From Betaproteobacteria bacterium (GTDB taxonomy: Bacteria > Pseudomonadota > Gammaproteobacteria > Burkholderiales > SG8-39), in contig JBDTRN010000001.1 in the NCBI GenBank assembly GCA_039931715.1, positions 6,761-70,760 of the forward strand: DNA of 64,000 bases. Reading direction: 5' to 3'. Of this stretch, positions 30,904-42,608 are shown piece by piece (position 1 is the first letter of the stretch; every line of letters starts with the position of its first letter). Under the pieces are notes generated by a model that saw nothing but the letters and a program-made list of their open reading frames with translations, made no database searches and had not been told where the DNA came from. Position numbers and translations under genes: made by a program.

Positions 30904-31596
30904 ATGGCATACGCGATCCCCCTCTGGACCCCCCCGGCCCTGCCGATCGTCGGCTCGGCCGACACCTTCCCGGTACGGCGGGTCTTCTGCGTCGGACGCA
31001 ACTACGTCGAGCACCAGAAGGAAATGGGTGGCGACGGGCGCGAACAGCCGTTTTTCTTCCTCAAGTCCGAATTCTCGCTGGTCGTAGGCGGGGGCGAAGT
31101 GCATTACCCGGCCAAGACCACCAACTACCACTACGAGACCGAAATGGTCGTGGCCATCGGCAAGGGCGGGCGGCGCATCGCGGCGCAGGACGCCACCAGC
31201 CACATCTTCGGGTATGCCGTGGGTCTGGACATGACGCGCCGCGACCTCCAGCAGCTGGGCAAGGACAAAGGGCGGCCGTGGGATTTCGGCAAGAATTTCG
31301 ACGAGGCCGCGCCCTGCGCGGCCCTTTCCCCGGCAGCGAATGTCGGGCACCTGACCAAGGGCACGCTGTCGCTGGTGGTCAACGGCAAGGAAAGGCAGAG
31401 GGCCGACCTCGCCGACATGATCTGGTCGGTGCCCGAACAGGTCGAGTATCTGTCCCAGTACTACACGCTCGAGCCTGGCGACATCATCATGTCGGGCACG
31501 CCTGCCGGCGTGGGCCCGGTCAAGCCGGGCGACGAGTTGGTTGCGAGCATCGCCGGCCTGACCGACCTGCGCGTCAAGATCCTGCCGGCGCTCTGA
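30904..31596 (+). CDS. fumarylacetoacetate hydrolase-family protein (fumarylpyruvate hydrolase-like, short form)
   Basis: 230 aa with RRVFCVGRNY..H, YETEMVVAIGK and PGDIIMSGTPAGVG motifs of the FAH C-terminal domain family. Confidence 0.88.
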   Translation: MAYAIPLWTPPALPIVGSADTFPVRRVFCVGRNYVEHQKEMGGDGREQPFFFLKSEFSLVVGGGEVHYPAKTTNYHYETEMVVAIGKGGRRIAAQDATSHIFGYAVGLDMTRRDLQQLGKDKGRPWDFGKNFDEAAPCAALSPAANVGHLTKGTLSLVVNGKERQRADLADMIWSVPEQVEYLSQYYTLEPGDIIMSGTPAGVGPVKPGDELVASIAGLTDLRVKILPAL

Positions 31597-31616
31597 GCGA
31601 GCCGGGGTCGCGCCAC

Positions 31617-32255
31617 ATGCAGCTGTACACCTTCTTTCGCAGTTCGGCGGCCTTCAGGGTGCGCATCGCGCTCAACCTTAAGGGCTTGGGATACGAGTCG
31701 CTGCCCGTGTCCCTGCCCAAGGGCGCCCATCGCGACAGCGTATATGGCGCGCTCAACCCGCAAAAGCTCGTGCCGGTGCTCGTCGACGACGGCCACGCGC
31801 TGACCCAATCGCTTGCGATCATGGAGTACCTCGAGGAAACCCATCCCCTGCCGGCGCTGCTGCCGAAGGGATCGCTCGAACGCGCCCGCGTTCGCTCGCT
31901 GTCGCTCCTCATCGCGTGCGAAATCCATCCGTTGAACAACCTGCGCGTGCTGCAGCACCTCAAGCGCGCCCTGGGCCAGGACGAGGACGGCATCAATACG
32001 TGGTACCGGCACTGGATCGCCGAAGGCCTGGCGAAGTTCGAGGCGGACCTCACCCAAGGCGCCGGAGTCGGGAAATACTGCCACGCCGACTCACCCGGCA
32101 TGGCCGATTGCTGCCTCGTGCCGCAGATCTTCAATGCGCAGCGCTACGAATGCGACCTCACGGCGTACCCCGCGACGATGAGTGTGTTCGAGGCGTGCAT
32201 GCAGTTGGACGCCTTCGACCGCGCACAGCCCATGCAGCAAGCCGACGCCCAATAG
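31617..32255 (+). CDS. maiA: GST-zeta maleylacetoacetate/maleylpyruvate isomerase
   Basis: 212 aa. Starts MQLYTFFRSSAAFRVRIALNLKG, then NPQKLVPVL and QSLAIMEYLEE, typical of zeta-class GST isomerases. Confidence 0.88.
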   Translation: MQLYTFFRSSAAFRVRIALNLKGLGYESLPVSLPKGAHRDSVYGALNPQKLVPVLVDDGHALTQSLAIMEYLEETHPLPALLPKGSLERARVRSLSLLIACEIHPLNNLRVLQHLKRALGQDEDGINTWYRHWIAEGLAKFEADLTQGAGVGKYCHADSPGMADCCLVPQIFNAQRYECDLTAYPATMSVFEACMQLDAFDRAQPMQQADAQ

Positions 32256-32279
32256 CGCTGGCGCATTCGCCCGGCCGGG

Positions 32280-33599
32280 TCAGAGGGCGCCGAGTTCCTC
32301 TTCGAGCGCGGGGGCCAGGTCGGTCACCACCGCCTCGATCGAAAAAACCGCATCCAGATCAACGCCGGGCGAAGCGGCCGCTGCCACCTGCCTGAGGTGC
32401 AGGCCCCCGGCCACAGCCTCAGTGCACCAGTCGTCCACCAGCGATTGGGCGCTGGCGCGATCCATGGTGTGCATGAGTTGGCGCGAAAGACGCTCGGAAA
32501 ACACCAGTCCTTGCAGGGCTTCGAGGTTCGCCTGCATGCGCGCGGGAATCACCACCAGACCTTGCGCGAACCGCTCCAGCGCGTCGAGCGCACTACCGAG
32601 AACGCCGACAAGCTCGGGCCACGAAGCGAGCTCGCCCTGCCACGCCCCGATCGAGCGTTCGTGCTCCTGCCCCGCCGCGTGCAGCAGGGTCGCCATAAGG
32701 CCGGGGGCGCGGGTGGCGGCAGCGATGGCCTGCAGGCAGGCCACCGGGTTGCGCTTGTGCGGCATGGCACTGGACCCCCCCACGTCTTTCCTTGGCGCGG
32801 ACTCGAGCATTTCACCCACCTCGGCCTGTGACAGAAGCGCGATATCGCGCGCGATCTTGCCGATGGCGCCGACCGCGATCGCGATGCCCGCAGCGAGCGC
32901 GAGGAAATCGTCGCGATGGCTGTGCCAGGCGCGCGCATCGGCGAGCCCAAGGTGCCCGGCGACGCGCCGGCGGACTTCCGCGCGCCTCGGGCCCAACGCG
33001 TCGAGCGCGCCGACGGGCCCACCCAGCTGCACGCACAACGCCGTCGATGCGGTTTGCGCAAGGCGCGCGCGGCAACGCGCCAAGGCGGTGGCCCATCGCG
33101 CAATCTTGAGGCCCGCGGTGATCGGGATGGCGGGCTGCAGCATGGTGCGGCCGAGTATTACGGTCGACGCGTGCGCGCGTGCATGCGCGGCCAGTGCCAC
33201 GACCGATGCTCCCAGCACGCGATCGGCCTCCGCGAGGCACGGCCGCATGCACAGCACGAGCGCAGTGTCGAGGACGTCCTGGCTGGTCGATCCATAGTGA
33301 ACAAACGACGCTGCCGCAGGATCGATGGCGCGTACCTCTGCGGTGAGCGCCTTGACGAAAGGGATGGCAAGCGAGCCCGCGAGCTTGCCTTCGGCGGCGA
33401 GCTGCCGCGCCGACAGGTTCGCACCCGCGCAGGCCCTTTCGATGGCCGCGCCCGCCGCGACCGGGATGACGCCAGTCGCGGCCTGGCTCTGCGCGAGGGC
33501 GCTTTCGAAAGCGAGCATGGCACGCACGAATGCCTTGTCGCCCAGCGCCTCGCCGAACGACGGGCGCGCCAGCGTCAGCGCGAGCAGGTTGCCGTCCAT
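32280..33599 (-). CDS. pcaB: 3-carboxy-cis,cis-muconate cycloisomerase
   Basis: Fumarate-lyase superfamily signature (GSSAMPHKRNP) with PcaB-like N- and C-termini. Start at ATG 33599. The position after pcaHG supports the call. Confidence 0.88.
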   Translation of the reverse strand: MDGNLLALTLARPSFGEALGDKAFVRAMLAFESALAQSQAATGVIPVAAGAAIERACAGANLSARQLAAEGKLAGSLAIPFVKALTAEVRAIDPAAASFVHYGSTSQDVLDTALVLCMRPCLAEADRVLGASVVALAAHARAHASTVILGRTMLQPAIPITAGLKIARWATALARCRARLAQTASTALCVQLGGPVGALDALGPRRAEVRRRVAGHLGLADARAWHSHRDDFLALAAGIAIAVGAIGKIARDIALLSQAEVGEMLESAPRKDVGGSSAMPHKRNPVACLQAIAAATRAPGLMATLLHAAGQEHERSIGAWQGELASWPELVGVLGSALDALERFAQGLVVIPARMQANLEALQGLVFSERLSRQLMHTMDRASAQSLVDDWCTEAVAGGLHLRQVAAAASPGVDLDAVFSIEAVVTDLAPALEEELGAL

Positions 33600-33607
33600 G
33601 CGGCCGG

Positions 33608-34150
33608 TCAGTGCTCGATGAACGCGGTTTCGTCCTTGCCCTGCAGGCGCACGTCCCAGTGCCACGTGGCCGGCTGCCCGGGATCGCGCGCGGCGATCAG
33701 CGTCGACACGCGGCTGCCGGCGGCGCGTGCAAGCGGGTCGCCGCTCACGTTCCCGGGCGCCGCGAGGAACACTCGCGTGCGCAGCGCCTTGAGCAGGCCG
33801 CGGGCAAAAATCAGCACGTGAATCTGCGGCGGGTACTTCTCGCCCCCTGGACCGGCACAAGGCCCGGGCATCAACGTGTCGACCGAGTAACGCCCATCGC
33901 TGTCGGTAAAGACGCGGCTGTAGCCGCAGGCTCTGGGCTCGGCGCCCACGCCGGGCACCTTGCCGTCGGGCCCGGCCTGCCAGGTTTCGACCAGCGCATC
34001 CGACACCACGGACCCGGCGCCGTCGAATATGCGTCCCGTCAGGATGACGCGATCGCCACCCGAAGCGAAGGTGACCTTGTCGCCTTCCTCCCACTTGAGC
34101 CCGACATGGAAAAAAGGCCCGATCGTTTGCGAAGGTGTGCGGATCGCCAT
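33608..34150 (-). CDS. pcaG: protocatechuate 3,4-dioxygenase alpha subunit
   Basis: 180 aa with TPSQTIGPFFHVGL, HVLIFARG and WDVRLQG..ETAF, matching the PcaG pattern. Start at ATG 34150. Confidence 0.9.
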   Translation of the reverse strand: MAIRTPSQTIGPFFHVGLKWEEGDKVTFASGGDRVILTGRIFDGAGSVVSDALVETWQAGPDGKVPGVGAEPRACGYSRVFTDSDGRYSVDTLMPGPCAGPGGEKYPPQIHVLIFARGLLKALRTRVFLAAPGNVSGDPLARAAGSRVSTLIAARDPGQPATWHWDVRLQGKDETAFIEH

Positions 34151-34151
34151 G

Positions 34152-34841
34152 TCAGAGCCCCATCGGCGTGGATTTCGCGCCACGCAGCACAATGTCGAAT
34201 CGATAGCCCAGCGCCACCTCTTCCACGCCGCTCTCGAGGTCGAGGGTGCACACCATGCGTTGGCGCGCCTGCGGGTCGGGCACGCTGTTGAACACCGGGT
34301 CGATGTCGAGCAGCGGGTCGCCGGGGAAGAACAGCTGCGTGACCAGGCGTTGGGCGTACGCATTGCCGAAAAGGGAAAGGTGGATGTGCGCCGGCCGCCA
34401 GGCCCAGGGGTGGTTACGCCAGGGATAGGCGCCAGGCTTGACGGTCACGAAACGATACTCACCCGCCTCGCCGGTGAGGACTTTGCCCTGGCCGAGGAAA
34501 TTCGGGTCGAGCGGTGCATCGTGCTGGTCGACGGGATGCGCATACCGCCCGGAGGCGTTGCACTGCCAGAGTTCGACCAGCGAGTTGCGCACCGGCGTGC
34601 CGTCCTCGTCGGTGACGCGGCCGACCAGGATCATCTTCTCGCCCAGCGGCGCGCTCTTGCCCCAGGCCGTCAGGTCGGCCTCTGCGGATTTCACGAAACG
34701 GTCCGGGAACACCGGACCGAAAAATTCCACCGGGTGGGGCACAACGCGCAACATCACCTGCTTGGGCGCGCGCAGCGCCGTGCTCTTATAAGCCGGATAG
34801 TCGTACGGGGGATCGACATCGGCGAGGTCCGTCGCGGACAT
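34152..34841 (-). CDS. pcaH: protocatechuate 3,4-dioxygenase beta subunit
   Basis: 229 aa with VELWQCNASGRY, PLDPNF, KPGAYPWRN..WRPAHIH and YRFDIVLRG, a strong PcaH pattern including the Fe ligands. Confidence 0.93.
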   Translation of the reverse strand: MSATDLADVDPPYDYPAYKSTALRAPKQVMLRVVPHPVEFFGPVFPDRFVKSAEADLTAWGKSAPLGEKMILVGRVTDEDGTPVRNSLVELWQCNASGRYAHPVDQHDAPLDPNFLGQGKVLTGEAGEYRFVTVKPGAYPWRNHPWAWRPAHIHLSLFGNAYAQRLVTQLFFPGDPLLDIDPVFNSVPDPQARQRMVCTLDLESGVEEVALGYRFDIVLRGAKSTPMGL

Positions 34842-34869
34842 GGGAATTCTCCTTGGGTTTATTGCGTGG

Positions 34870-35313
34870 TCAGTTCAGGCGGAACAGGGCCTTCACGTCC
34901 TCGGCGATCACCTCGCCCTTCATCGGCGAGCCGGCGCCGGCGACATGCCGGCCCCATACGCGGGTCTCGGTGCCCTGGGCGAGGGTCATGCCGTCCGCGC
35001 GCATCACTTCATGCACCATGACGAACGACTTGCCCCCGAAGCGCAAGACCTTCGAGCGCACTTCGCACTGGTCGGCCTGCTCGGCAGGATGCATGAACTG
35101 GCACTCGGCCGTGACCAGCGGCATGGCGCGCCCTTCGGCTCGCATGCGCTTGGCGGTGTAGCCGGCGGCGGCGAAAAAGGCCCACGTCGCGGCGTCGAAC
35201 CAGCGGAAGTAGGTGGGATAGAAGATGATGCCCGCCGGGTCACAGTCACCCCATTGGACGGCGCACGCGAAGCGCGACTGAACCGAGGCAAATTCGGGTG
35301 TGGAAGAGGGCAT
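34870..35313 (-). CDS. hotdog-fold acyl-CoA thioesterase (4-hydroxybenzoyl-CoA thioesterase/YbgC family)
   Basis: 147 aa. N-terminal catalytic-Asp block (VQWGDCDPAGIIFYPTYFRWFD) typical of 4HBT-class thioesterases. Start at ATG 35313. Confidence 0.8.
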   Translation of the reverse strand: MPSSTPEFASVQSRFACAVQWGDCDPAGIIFYPTYFRWFDAATWAFFAAAGYTAKRMRAEGRAMPLVTAECQFMHPAEQADQCEVRSKVLRFGGKSFVMVHEVMRADGMTLAQGTETRVWGRHVAGAGSPMKGEVIAEDVKALFRLN

Positions 35314-35344
35314 AGGCGATGATGATGCGCCGGTTCGGCGGGCG

Positions 35345-36649
35345 TCAAGCCGACTGTTTTGCATGTGTTTCGCGCGCAAATGCCAACGCTACCAGTCCTG
35401 CGATAAGCCACACGAGCATGAGCGTGAAGCCGCCGGCATAAGTCGCGAACCCATAGACGCGCACGTCGCCCACCATCGTCCCGTCCCAGCCCAGGTCGAG
35501 CAGCCAGCCGATCAGCGGCTGCATCGCCATGCCGCCGAGCATGTTGCCCATGTTGGCGATGCCGGACGCGGTCCCCGCGAGCGTCGACGGTGCGGACTCC
35601 TTGCAGAAGGCAAACCCGATCACCACCACGCCTGAGGCGATTCCCAATCCCACCATTAGCGCGAGCAGCCCCCAGTAGGGCAATCCAGGGACGTAGATGA
35701 GCACGGCCCAGAGACAGGCGGCGCATGCTCCGCCCACCAGCAAGGGGAGTTTGCGCCGGCGCACGCGGTCCGAAAAAGCACCCGCCAGCGGACTGCCGAA
35801 GGCCCACGCAACCAGCATGACCGAGGTCACGAATGCGGCCTGCGCGGTCGACAGGCCATATTGCGACACCAGGAAAGGCACGCCCCACAATCCGCCAAAA
35901 GCGAGCATCGGGCCGGTGATCGCGCCGCACCCGATGAACGTCAGCCATACGTTGCGGTAGCGGAACACTTCACGGATGCCGCCAAGCATCGAATGACGCG
36001 TGCTGCCGGCTACCGGAATGGTCGAGAAGCTGCGCATGCCGCGCTCGGCCGGGTCGTCACGCACGATCATCCAGGTCACGATCGCGAGCAGCGCAGTCAG
36101 CACGCCCGCGGCGATCATCACCCAGCGCCAGCCGAACGCGTCCACGGCAAGGCGCAGCGGCACCCCGGCCGAAATGCCGCCCAGGCTCCCGCAGGCAAGC
36201 GCGAGCCCCGAGATCAGCGCGAAGCGCGCCGGATGCACCCAGTGAGTGGCGAGCTTGAGCATCGACACGAAGGCGACGCCAACGCCCGCGCCTACCAGCA
36301 ACCGCCCGGCACCCACCCAAGCGTAGGTCGAAGCGAGTGCGAACAGCAGCGTGCCCGAGGCGGCAAGCACTCCGCCGGCGGTGAGCACGCGTCGCGGGCC
36401 CCAATGGTCAACCATCACCCCGGTGGGGATCTGGATCGCCACATAGGTGTAGAAGTACAGGGCGGACAGGTTGCCCAGCGCAACCGCCGTGAGTGCGAAC
36501 TCGGCCATCAGCTCATGCGTGATGACTGCGGGCGCCACGCGCTGGAAGAACCCGATGAGGTACAACGCCGCACCCAGACCCCAGACCGTCAGCGCCACTG
36601 TGATCGGCGGATAGGCGGCGGCTCTCGGTGTCGTGACCATCGGGACCAT
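35345..36649 (-). CDS. MFS transporter (anion:cation symporter-like; probable aromatic/organic acid uptake)
   Basis: About 434 aa with 12 predicted TM segments and an MFS loop motif (DHWGPRRVL). Start at ATG 36649 or 36640; the track extension is Arg-rich. Confidence 0.85.
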   Translation of the reverse strand: MVPMVTTPRAAAYPPITVALTVWGLGAALYLIGFFQRVAPAVITHELMAEFALTAVALGNLSALYFYTYVAIQIPTGVMVDHWGPRRVLTAGGVLAASGTLLFALASTYAWVGAGRLLVGAGVGVAFVSMLKLATHWVHPARFALISGLALACGSLGGISAGVPLRLAVDAFGWRWVMIAAGVLTALLAIVTWMIVRDDPAERGMRSFSTIPVAGSTRHSMLGGIREVFRYRNVWLTFIGCGAITGPMLAFGGLWGVPFLVSQYGLSTAQAAFVTSVMLVAWAFGSPLAGAFSDRVRRRKLPLLVGGACAACLWAVLIYVPGLPYWGLLALMVGLGIASGVVVIGFAFCKESAPSTLAGTASGIANMGNMLGGMAMQPLIGWLLDLGWDGTMVGDVRVYGFATYAGGFTLMLVWLIAGLVALAFARETHAKQSA

Positions 36650-36691
36650 CGTTGCGCGTGCCTGCGGTGGGGAGGCGATTATACGTGCGCG

Positions 36692-36721
36692 GTTGACACG
36701 CGCTGCAGGGGCCGGGGACAA
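36692..36721 (+). promoter_or_regulatory. candidate sigma-70 promoter for the metH leader
   Basis: TTGACA (36692-36697), 18-nt spacer, GACAAT (36716-36721). Predicts a leader of about 135 nt. Confidence 0.45.
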
Positions 36722-36809
36722 TACGGCTGCGCCGATTTGAGGTTCAGCTTGCGGGCGCCCGGCAGAGCTCCGGCCGGCCAAATAAATCCCGCTAAAGAGA
36801 CGAGGAAGA

Positions 36810-36849
36810 GAAACCCGTTTCTGGCGCAAGCTGAACGGGTTTTTTGCTT
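36810..36849 (+). terminator. intrinsic terminator/attenuator hairpin in the metH 5' leader
   Basis: AAACCCGTT (36810-18), a 14-nt loop and AACGGGTTT (36833-41), followed by TTTGCTTT. It ends about 15 nt before the metH SD (GGAG 36853-56). No upstream plus-strand gene needs terminating here. Confidence 0.7.
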
Positions 36850-36864
36850 TCTGGAGCCGTTGCC

Positions 36865-40593
<3,729 letters not shown>

Positions 40594-40597
40594 GCCG

Positions 40598-40981
40598 ATG
40601 CCGGCCGGCGCAAAGCTCTTCATCGCCCTGGGCAGCCTGTTCGCGCTGGCCGCGGTGGCGCTCGGCGCATTCGGCGCCCATGGCCTCAAGGCGCGCCTGT
40701 CCGCCGAGATGCTAGGCGTGTACCAGACCGGGGTGCAGTACCACTTCTACCATTCGCTCGGCCTGGTGCTGGTCGGGATCGCCTGTTTCCACCTGCCCGA
40801 AAGCGGGCCCTTGCGCGCCGCCGGATGGCTCATGGTGGCCGGCGTGGTGGTTTTCTCCGGCAGCCTCTACGCGCTTTCCCTCGGCGCCCCGCGCTGGCTG
40901 GGCGCCCTCGCACCGCTTGGCGGCTTGGCCTTCCTGGCGGCCTGGGCCGCATTCGCATGGGCCGTGCTACGTACCGGGTAA
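40598..40981 (+). CDS. DUF423 (YgdD-like) small membrane protein
   Basis: 127 aa with four TM helices and the conserved GAFGAHGLK and YHFYH motifs. Start at ATG 40598. Confidence 0.8.
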   Translation: MPAGAKLFIALGSLFALAAVALGAFGAHGLKARLSAEMLGVYQTGVQYHFYHSLGLVLVGIACFHLPESGPLRAAGWLMVAGVVVFSGSLYALSLGAPRWLGALAPLGGLAFLAAWAAFAWAVLRTG

Positions 40982-41049
40982 ATGTACCGGTAGCAGTACA
41001 CCAACTCCCCTGCCAGCCGCACCGCACTTGGCTCCGCGAAATCGAATGT

Positions 41050-42501
41050 TCAGGATTTGCCCGGGTGGGCGAAGCCCGCGCGGGGCGGTTGCTTTATGCG
41101 CGCATAGCGTTGCGGCAGGAGCGAGCCCGCCACCATGCCTGTGATCGCCGCGAAGAGGCCGGCGAATTGCGGCGGGAAAAGCCCGTCGGGCGCGGTGAAT
41201 TCGAGGAGCAGCCACGTCGACAGGCCCAGAGCCATGGCCGCGGCCGCCCCTTGCGTGGTGGCGCGTTTCCAGTACAGGCCGAAGGCCAGCGGCGTAAACG
41301 CGGCCACCAGGGTGATCTTGTAGGCGTTCTCCACCATGCCGTAGATGGTCGAGTTGGAAGTCATCGCAAACACCAGCACGCCCAGCGCGAATATGAGTAT
41401 CACCACGCGCAGCATGCGCAGGAACTGGTCATCGGTGATGTCGGGAAAGAAGTTGCGCAGGACGTTTTCGGCGAACGTCACCGACGGCGCAAGCAGGGTG
41501 GCCGACGAACACGACAGGATTGCGGCCAGCAGCGCCCCGAAGAACATCACCTGCACCGCGAAGGGCGCATGGTCGAGGATCAGCCGCGGCAGGATGTACT
41601 GCGAATCCTTGGCCAGCAGGTCGCTCACCATCTTCGGGTCGATGAGGCTGGCCGAATAGGCGAGGAACATCGGCACGAAGGCAAAAAAGAAATAAATGCT
41701 GCCACCCAGCACCGAGCCCAGCGCCGCCGTGTTCTCGTTCTTCGCAGCGCTGACGCGCTGGAACACGTCCTGCTGTGGAATCGAGCCCAGCGCCATGGTC
41801 ATCCACGCCGCTGCGAACGCGATCACGTCGCGCGGCGCGAGGCCGGGCCAGAACTCGAGCTTGCCCGCGGCACGCGCGTGCTCGACCACTACACCGGCCC
41901 CGCCGGCCATGCCGGAGACCACCACCGCGATGTAAACCATACCCACGCCGATGATGAGCATCTGGAACAGGTCGGTGAAGGCCACCGAGAACATGCCGCC
42001 GGCGAGCGTATACACCAGCACGATCGCCACGCCGATCATCATTCCCTGCCATGGCGCGAGCGCACCGTCGGTCAGCACGTTGAACACCAGGCCGAGCGCG
42101 GTGATCTGGGCCGACACCCAGCCAAGGTAGGAGATCACGATGCACACCGCGGCCGTCAGCTCGACCGCGCGGTTGTAGCGGGCGCGATAGTAGTCGCCGA
42201 TGGTGAGCAAACCCATGCGATACAGGGGCCGCGCAAAAAATAGTCCCACGAAAATGAGGCACATCGACGAACCGAACGGGTCGGCTACGACGCCCTTGAG
42301 CCCCTCGTTGAGGAATTTGGCCGGGATGCCCAGCACCGTCTCCGAGCCGAACCACGTGGCGAACACGGTCGCGATGATGAAGGGCAGCGGCAGGTGCCGT
42401 CCGGCAACGACGAAGTCGGTGGAATTATTGACCTTGGTGGCGGCATACAGGCCGATGCCGACCGAAACAATCAGGTAGAGGATGACCAGCCAGATCAGCA
42501 T
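41050..42501 (-). CDS. sodium:solute symporter (SSF) family transporter
   Basis: 483 aa, polytopic, with an SSF N-terminal pattern (FVVAGR.LP..., ATWFGSETVLG). Start at ATG 42501; the upstream 149 aa of the track ORF are Arg-rich artefact. Confidence 0.85.
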   Translation of the reverse strand: MLIWLVILYLIVSVGIGLYAATKVNNSTDFVVAGRHLPLPFIIATVFATWFGSETVLGIPAKFLNEGLKGVVADPFGSSMCLIFVGLFFARPLYRMGLLTIGDYYRARYNRAVELTAAVCIVISYLGWVSAQITALGLVFNVLTDGALAPWQGMMIGVAIVLVYTLAGGMFSVAFTDLFQMLIIGVGMVYIAVVVSGMAGGAGVVVEHARAAGKLEFWPGLAPRDVIAFAAAWMTMALGSIPQQDVFQRVSAAKNENTAALGSVLGGSIYFFFAFVPMFLAYSASLIDPKMVSDLLAKDSQYILPRLILDHAPFAVQVMFFGALLAAILSCSSATLLAPSVTFAENVLRNFFPDITDDQFLRMLRVVILIFALGVLVFAMTSNSTIYGMVENAYKITLVAAFTPLAFGLYWKRATTQGAAAAMALGLSTWLLLEFTAPDGLFPPQFAGLFAAITGMVAGSLLPQRYARIKQPPRAGFAHPGKS

Positions 42502-42608
42502 CGCTGCGGCGCGAGGGCGTGAAGCGCGTAGTCTGCCGCAGGCCGAATTCCGCATCAAGGCGAATCGGCGCGCGGTGGGGCCGGGCCCGTCGCGCCGGCT
42601 GCCCTTGA

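Noticed and set aside
36730-36800. SAH riboswitch upstream of metH, as known in some betaproteobacteria
   Set aside because: I could not align the conserved GAGGAGCGCUGC...CAGGCUC...GCGCUC strings or a matching P1 helix by eye. This is not excluded, but it is not supported without a covariance-model search.
36650-36864. Cobalamin (B12) riboswitch upstream of metH
   Set aside because: The leader is only about 135 nt, I found no B12-box-like GCCACUG core, and B12 riboswitches normally control metE rather than metH. It is treated instead as an unassigned attenuator (see findings).
42502-42608. Inverted repeat CTGCGGC...GCCGCAG in the 5' region of the Na+/solute symporter gene
   Set aside because: It has only a 7-bp stem with a 24-nt loop, no U-tract and no second conserved element, so it is indistinguishable from chance in GC-rich DNA.
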